A stretch of DNA of 39,786 nt from Phoronis australis (lineage: Eukaryota > Animalia > Phoronida): NCBI GenBank assembly GCA_002633005.1, contig NMRA01001160.1, positions 6,115-45,900 of the forward strand. Reading direction: 5' to 3'. The number at the start of each line of letters is the position of its first letter. The first letter of the stretch is position 1. Shown one piece after another: positions 36,734 through 39,786 of this stretch. The notes beneath the pieces are model-generated. The model ran no database searches. It saw only the letters and a list, made by a program, of their open reading frames with translations, and was not told where the DNA came from. The position numbers and the translations under genes are program-made.

Positions 36734-36739
36734 TTTATT
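36734..36739 (-). promoter_or_regulatory. Candidate polyadenylation signal of DDX19
   Basis: AATAAA on - strand ~230 nt after the stop codon, followed by T/GT-rich sequence. Confidence 0.5.
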
Positions 36740-36969
36740 AAACTTTGATGGCAATATATACAACACAATATGAAAGCAATCACCATCTGCGTCATTCTTC
36801 AATAGTATGAAAAGTGTCAAACGAAAATGTCATACGGCTAAAACACGACGACTGAATGATCTCGTATGCTTTGTATAAAACGATGATTTCTCCCAATAAA
36901 AACCTTTAATNTCCGTGTATCGATCTCTTTAGGCACACTCTCCAGATCAGATCTCAGGACAGCACGTCC

Positions 36970-37031
36970 TTAACTCTCCAACTGTTCGATGGCGTCGGCA
37001 TCATCAGCATCTAACTTCATGATCTTGCGAC
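36970..37031 (-). CDS. DDX19: DDX19/DBP5 last coding exon
   Basis: CAG|(G)RKIMKLDADDADAIEQLES*, in phase and typical of the DDX19 C-terminus; TAA at 36972-36970. Confidence 0.85.
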
Positions 37032-38815
37032 CTGTTGACGACAATAAAACCAATCGAAGCTTTGTACCCAAATGTAAACACAGTGACCAAGATGAAAGTT
37101 ATTCTCAATTTTTGGTAATATGCATTGTTCTTATGGTAATGAATATCAGGTATTGGTTAAGTTTATTAAAAACTGTAACATAGTGTTTCAGTCATGACAT
37201 GCTACAATAGGAACATCCAGATTCAAGAATGGCAAGCCCCAACACTGAGTATACAGATATACACAAAAATGGAGAACAGGAAAGAGTCCATGCCCTATTA
37301 AACTAGTGACTCCTGCAAAACTTGTGCATAAAAGATACTTGATCCATTTATTTTCAGTAGAAAACTTCATTATTAATGGAACTTTGACCACTGACCAATG
37401 TCCAATCTTGAATAAACTAACCAGTGATGCTCTTTAAACGCGCACTCAATGTTCTCAAATTGACCAGAATTAAAAATGGAATTTAAAAAAATTGTTAATT
37501 TTTGGTGGAGCGCCAGAAAAGTAGCCGCCACAGCTCAACCGCATTGAACTTCACTTTATGTGAGTAGCCATTATAATATGCAAATACGTGGAGGGCTCCA
37601 ATTAATGAAATGTTCTTATTTTGGTGCTGTCTCCCAACTGACAAATTTGTTCATGCATTCTAAACAGCTTTGATGTGACTTCTGAATGACTTTATTTAAT
37701 TTTAGTTGTACTATGAGAATGGTGGAAGTTACAAANTGAGTAGCCATTATAATATGCAAATACGTGGAGGGCTCCAATTAATGAAATGTTCTTATTTTGG
37801 TGCTGTCTCCCAACTGACAAATTTGTTCATGCATTCTAAACAGCTTTGATGTGACTTCTGAATGACTTTATTTAATTTTAGTTGTACTATGAGAATGGTG
37901 GAAGTTACAAATGAGGGGAATAAAAATGACATTATGCCCAGTATAATTATAGCTTTCAAAATAAACTAGACAGACTTCGACAGAACTATGCCAGTCTCGC
38001 TCAAACTTGGATAAAAATCTTGCCAGAATTATTCGGTATTTCCTTTGAGCTTTTGTAGCAATAAAATAGCGTGTTTCAGAAGTTTGTCTTAATTAGATGT
38101 GTGTTTACTGCACCTAGCTGCAAATTGTTTCATTTAATCAAAACAATAGATTTGTTTAAATTTTAGTCAATATGGATCATAGAGAAAAACACCTGCCAAG
38201 AGTTCACTGGATTTAGCCAGTCAGAGTTGAAATGGTTTCTAGTCGAAAAGCAATGAATACGTATAGTCATGCTTTTTTGCACTGAAGCATTTCGATATTG
38301 TCCAGTTTATAATGAAAACTATTGTGTGGACGAGTGAACCAGAATGGTGATTACAGCTGAAACATACAATGAACAGAATTCACCATTCAGATTTAAGGAC
38401 TTTCAAGGATGTTCAAACCCCATTTCAAGTACTAGTTTCAAAAACTTATTTAAACAAATTATGCTGAAATTTGTCTATTATCTTCAGTAAAACAACAAGC
38501 AGACAAAAATACACAATATCATTACAGACGACCCAAATTTCTCCAGTTTTATACAAGTTAAGACTGCTTCTCAATTTTTTGTTGAAGGTTATCTTGCTTT
38601 TTACAGATACATTTTTATGGTGATTTGTGAATAACCGTGGAAACTGATGCAACATAAGATTCTTTAAACACATTGAAAACAGTGAATTGACAAGATTTTG
38701 CACTACTATTGAAGTAATTTTCAAAGACAACATCAAATGAAAGACTTTCAGAGACGGGAGTCCAAATTCAAAGACATTTCTAGTACTAAGTGGAAACACT
38801 CCACACATTTCTTAC

Positions 38816-39007
38816 CAAAGTGTTTCTCGATTTCTTGTAATATCTGGATGCTGCGATGGCCGTCTACGAAGTTAATAGCTATGCCAGTCTTTCCAAATCT
38901 GCCCGTCCGTCCGATTCGATGCAGGTACGTCTCACAGTCTGCCCGACCTTGCATATCTACAGGAAGGTCAAAGTTCACCACCAATGTGACCTGTTCGATG
39001 TCCAGAC
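38816..39007 (-). CDS. DDX19: DDX19/DBP5 penultimate coding exon
   Basis: [18 protein letters not shown]...[27 protein letters not shown] (motif VI); phase-1 GT-AG borders are consistent with the neighbouring exons. Confidence 0.95.
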
Positions 39008-39479
39008 CTGGAAAGAAAAACAAGAACAGCTCAAGAAAGGTCAAAGTTTACCACCAATGGTACCTTGCATAAACAGCTGTGTGACACAGTTTGTTGGGTT
39101 CCCCTGGGTCCATTTTGACAATGCCGCTCTAAAGGATACAATTTCAGTGACTCAGTAATCAAAAACATATTATGCTAGAGAATCTAATGCTGTAGTATAC
39201 TAACAAAAGATTCTGTCTTGTTGAATTTGCTCTTGTGGACTTTCAAAAACTTTCCTGTTCCTTGAAAACTTCATTATTAAAGTGATTGACAGTGAAAGAT
39301 TTCAGGCACCCATACGAACTCAGTTCAACATCTGACTACAAGCCGAAACTCCATCTAAGTCAGGAAGTTCCTAAGTCTTTCTATAGTTTGACTTTAAATA
39401 AATCACAATGTTGGGAACTTGGCTAATCATCACTCGTCTACCACTCATTTTGTGTGCCATCTTCCTGCACTATTCCTAC

Positions 39480-39642
39480 CTCTAGCAGAGACGTTAGTAG
39501 TGATGAGCACTTTCTCTTTGCCTACTCTAAACCTGTTGATGACCGCTGCCCGCTGTTCTACATTCAACTCCCCACTAAGCAGTGCAACGGTATGTCCATC
39601 ACCAGTCATCTTCTCAGCCAGCCATGCAGCTGTTTTTTTCGT
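39480..39642 (-). CDS. DDX19: DEAD-box RNA helicase DDX19/DBP5, internal exon
   Basis: AG|TKKTAAWLAEKMTGDGHTVALLSGELNVEQRAAVINRFRVGKEKVLITTNVSARG|GT contains motif V. Upstream exons lie beyond the window. Confidence 0.93.
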
Positions 39643-39786
39643 CTGCAAAAATAAGTTCAAAAGTGGCAAAATCAAAAGTAAAATGTCCAAATCATTGCTC
39701 TTGAAATCTCGAAAATTGGGTATAATTTTAGCTCTGTATCCAAAACGCAATCTATAAATGATATCATATTTTCACTTTCCTAACTA

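Noticed and set aside
37561-37911. Exact ~175-bp tandem duplication in a DDX19 intron
   Set aside because: Copies are separated by a single N (37736); assembly artefact.

Overview
AT-rich eukaryotic genomic DNA with spliceosomal introns, probably from a marine invertebrate (inference), in a draft assembly with single-N joins and one 673-N gap. The main feature is an ~8.9-kb two-gene DNA transposon (10660-19568) with 14-bp TIRs and an AT target duplication inside a CAATTG palindrome. It carries a spliced THAP-HTH-DDE (Harbinger/ISL2EU-type) transposase on + and a convergent multi-exon SAP-SWIM-YqaJ (lambda-exonuclease fold) nuclease gene on -, both with disabling lesions. Its introns hold a tRNA-derived SINE-like unit and a Penelope-like remnant. 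Nearby are a second AT-flanked non-autonomous TIR element, a Helentron-like element, a 13x93-bp palindromic tandem array, two SGNH-hydrolase remnants, an Academ-like fragment and a 21-aa coiled-coil repeat exon. The only clear host gene is the 3' end of DDX19/DBP5 (- strand). All calls come from reading the sequence by eye; no searches were run.
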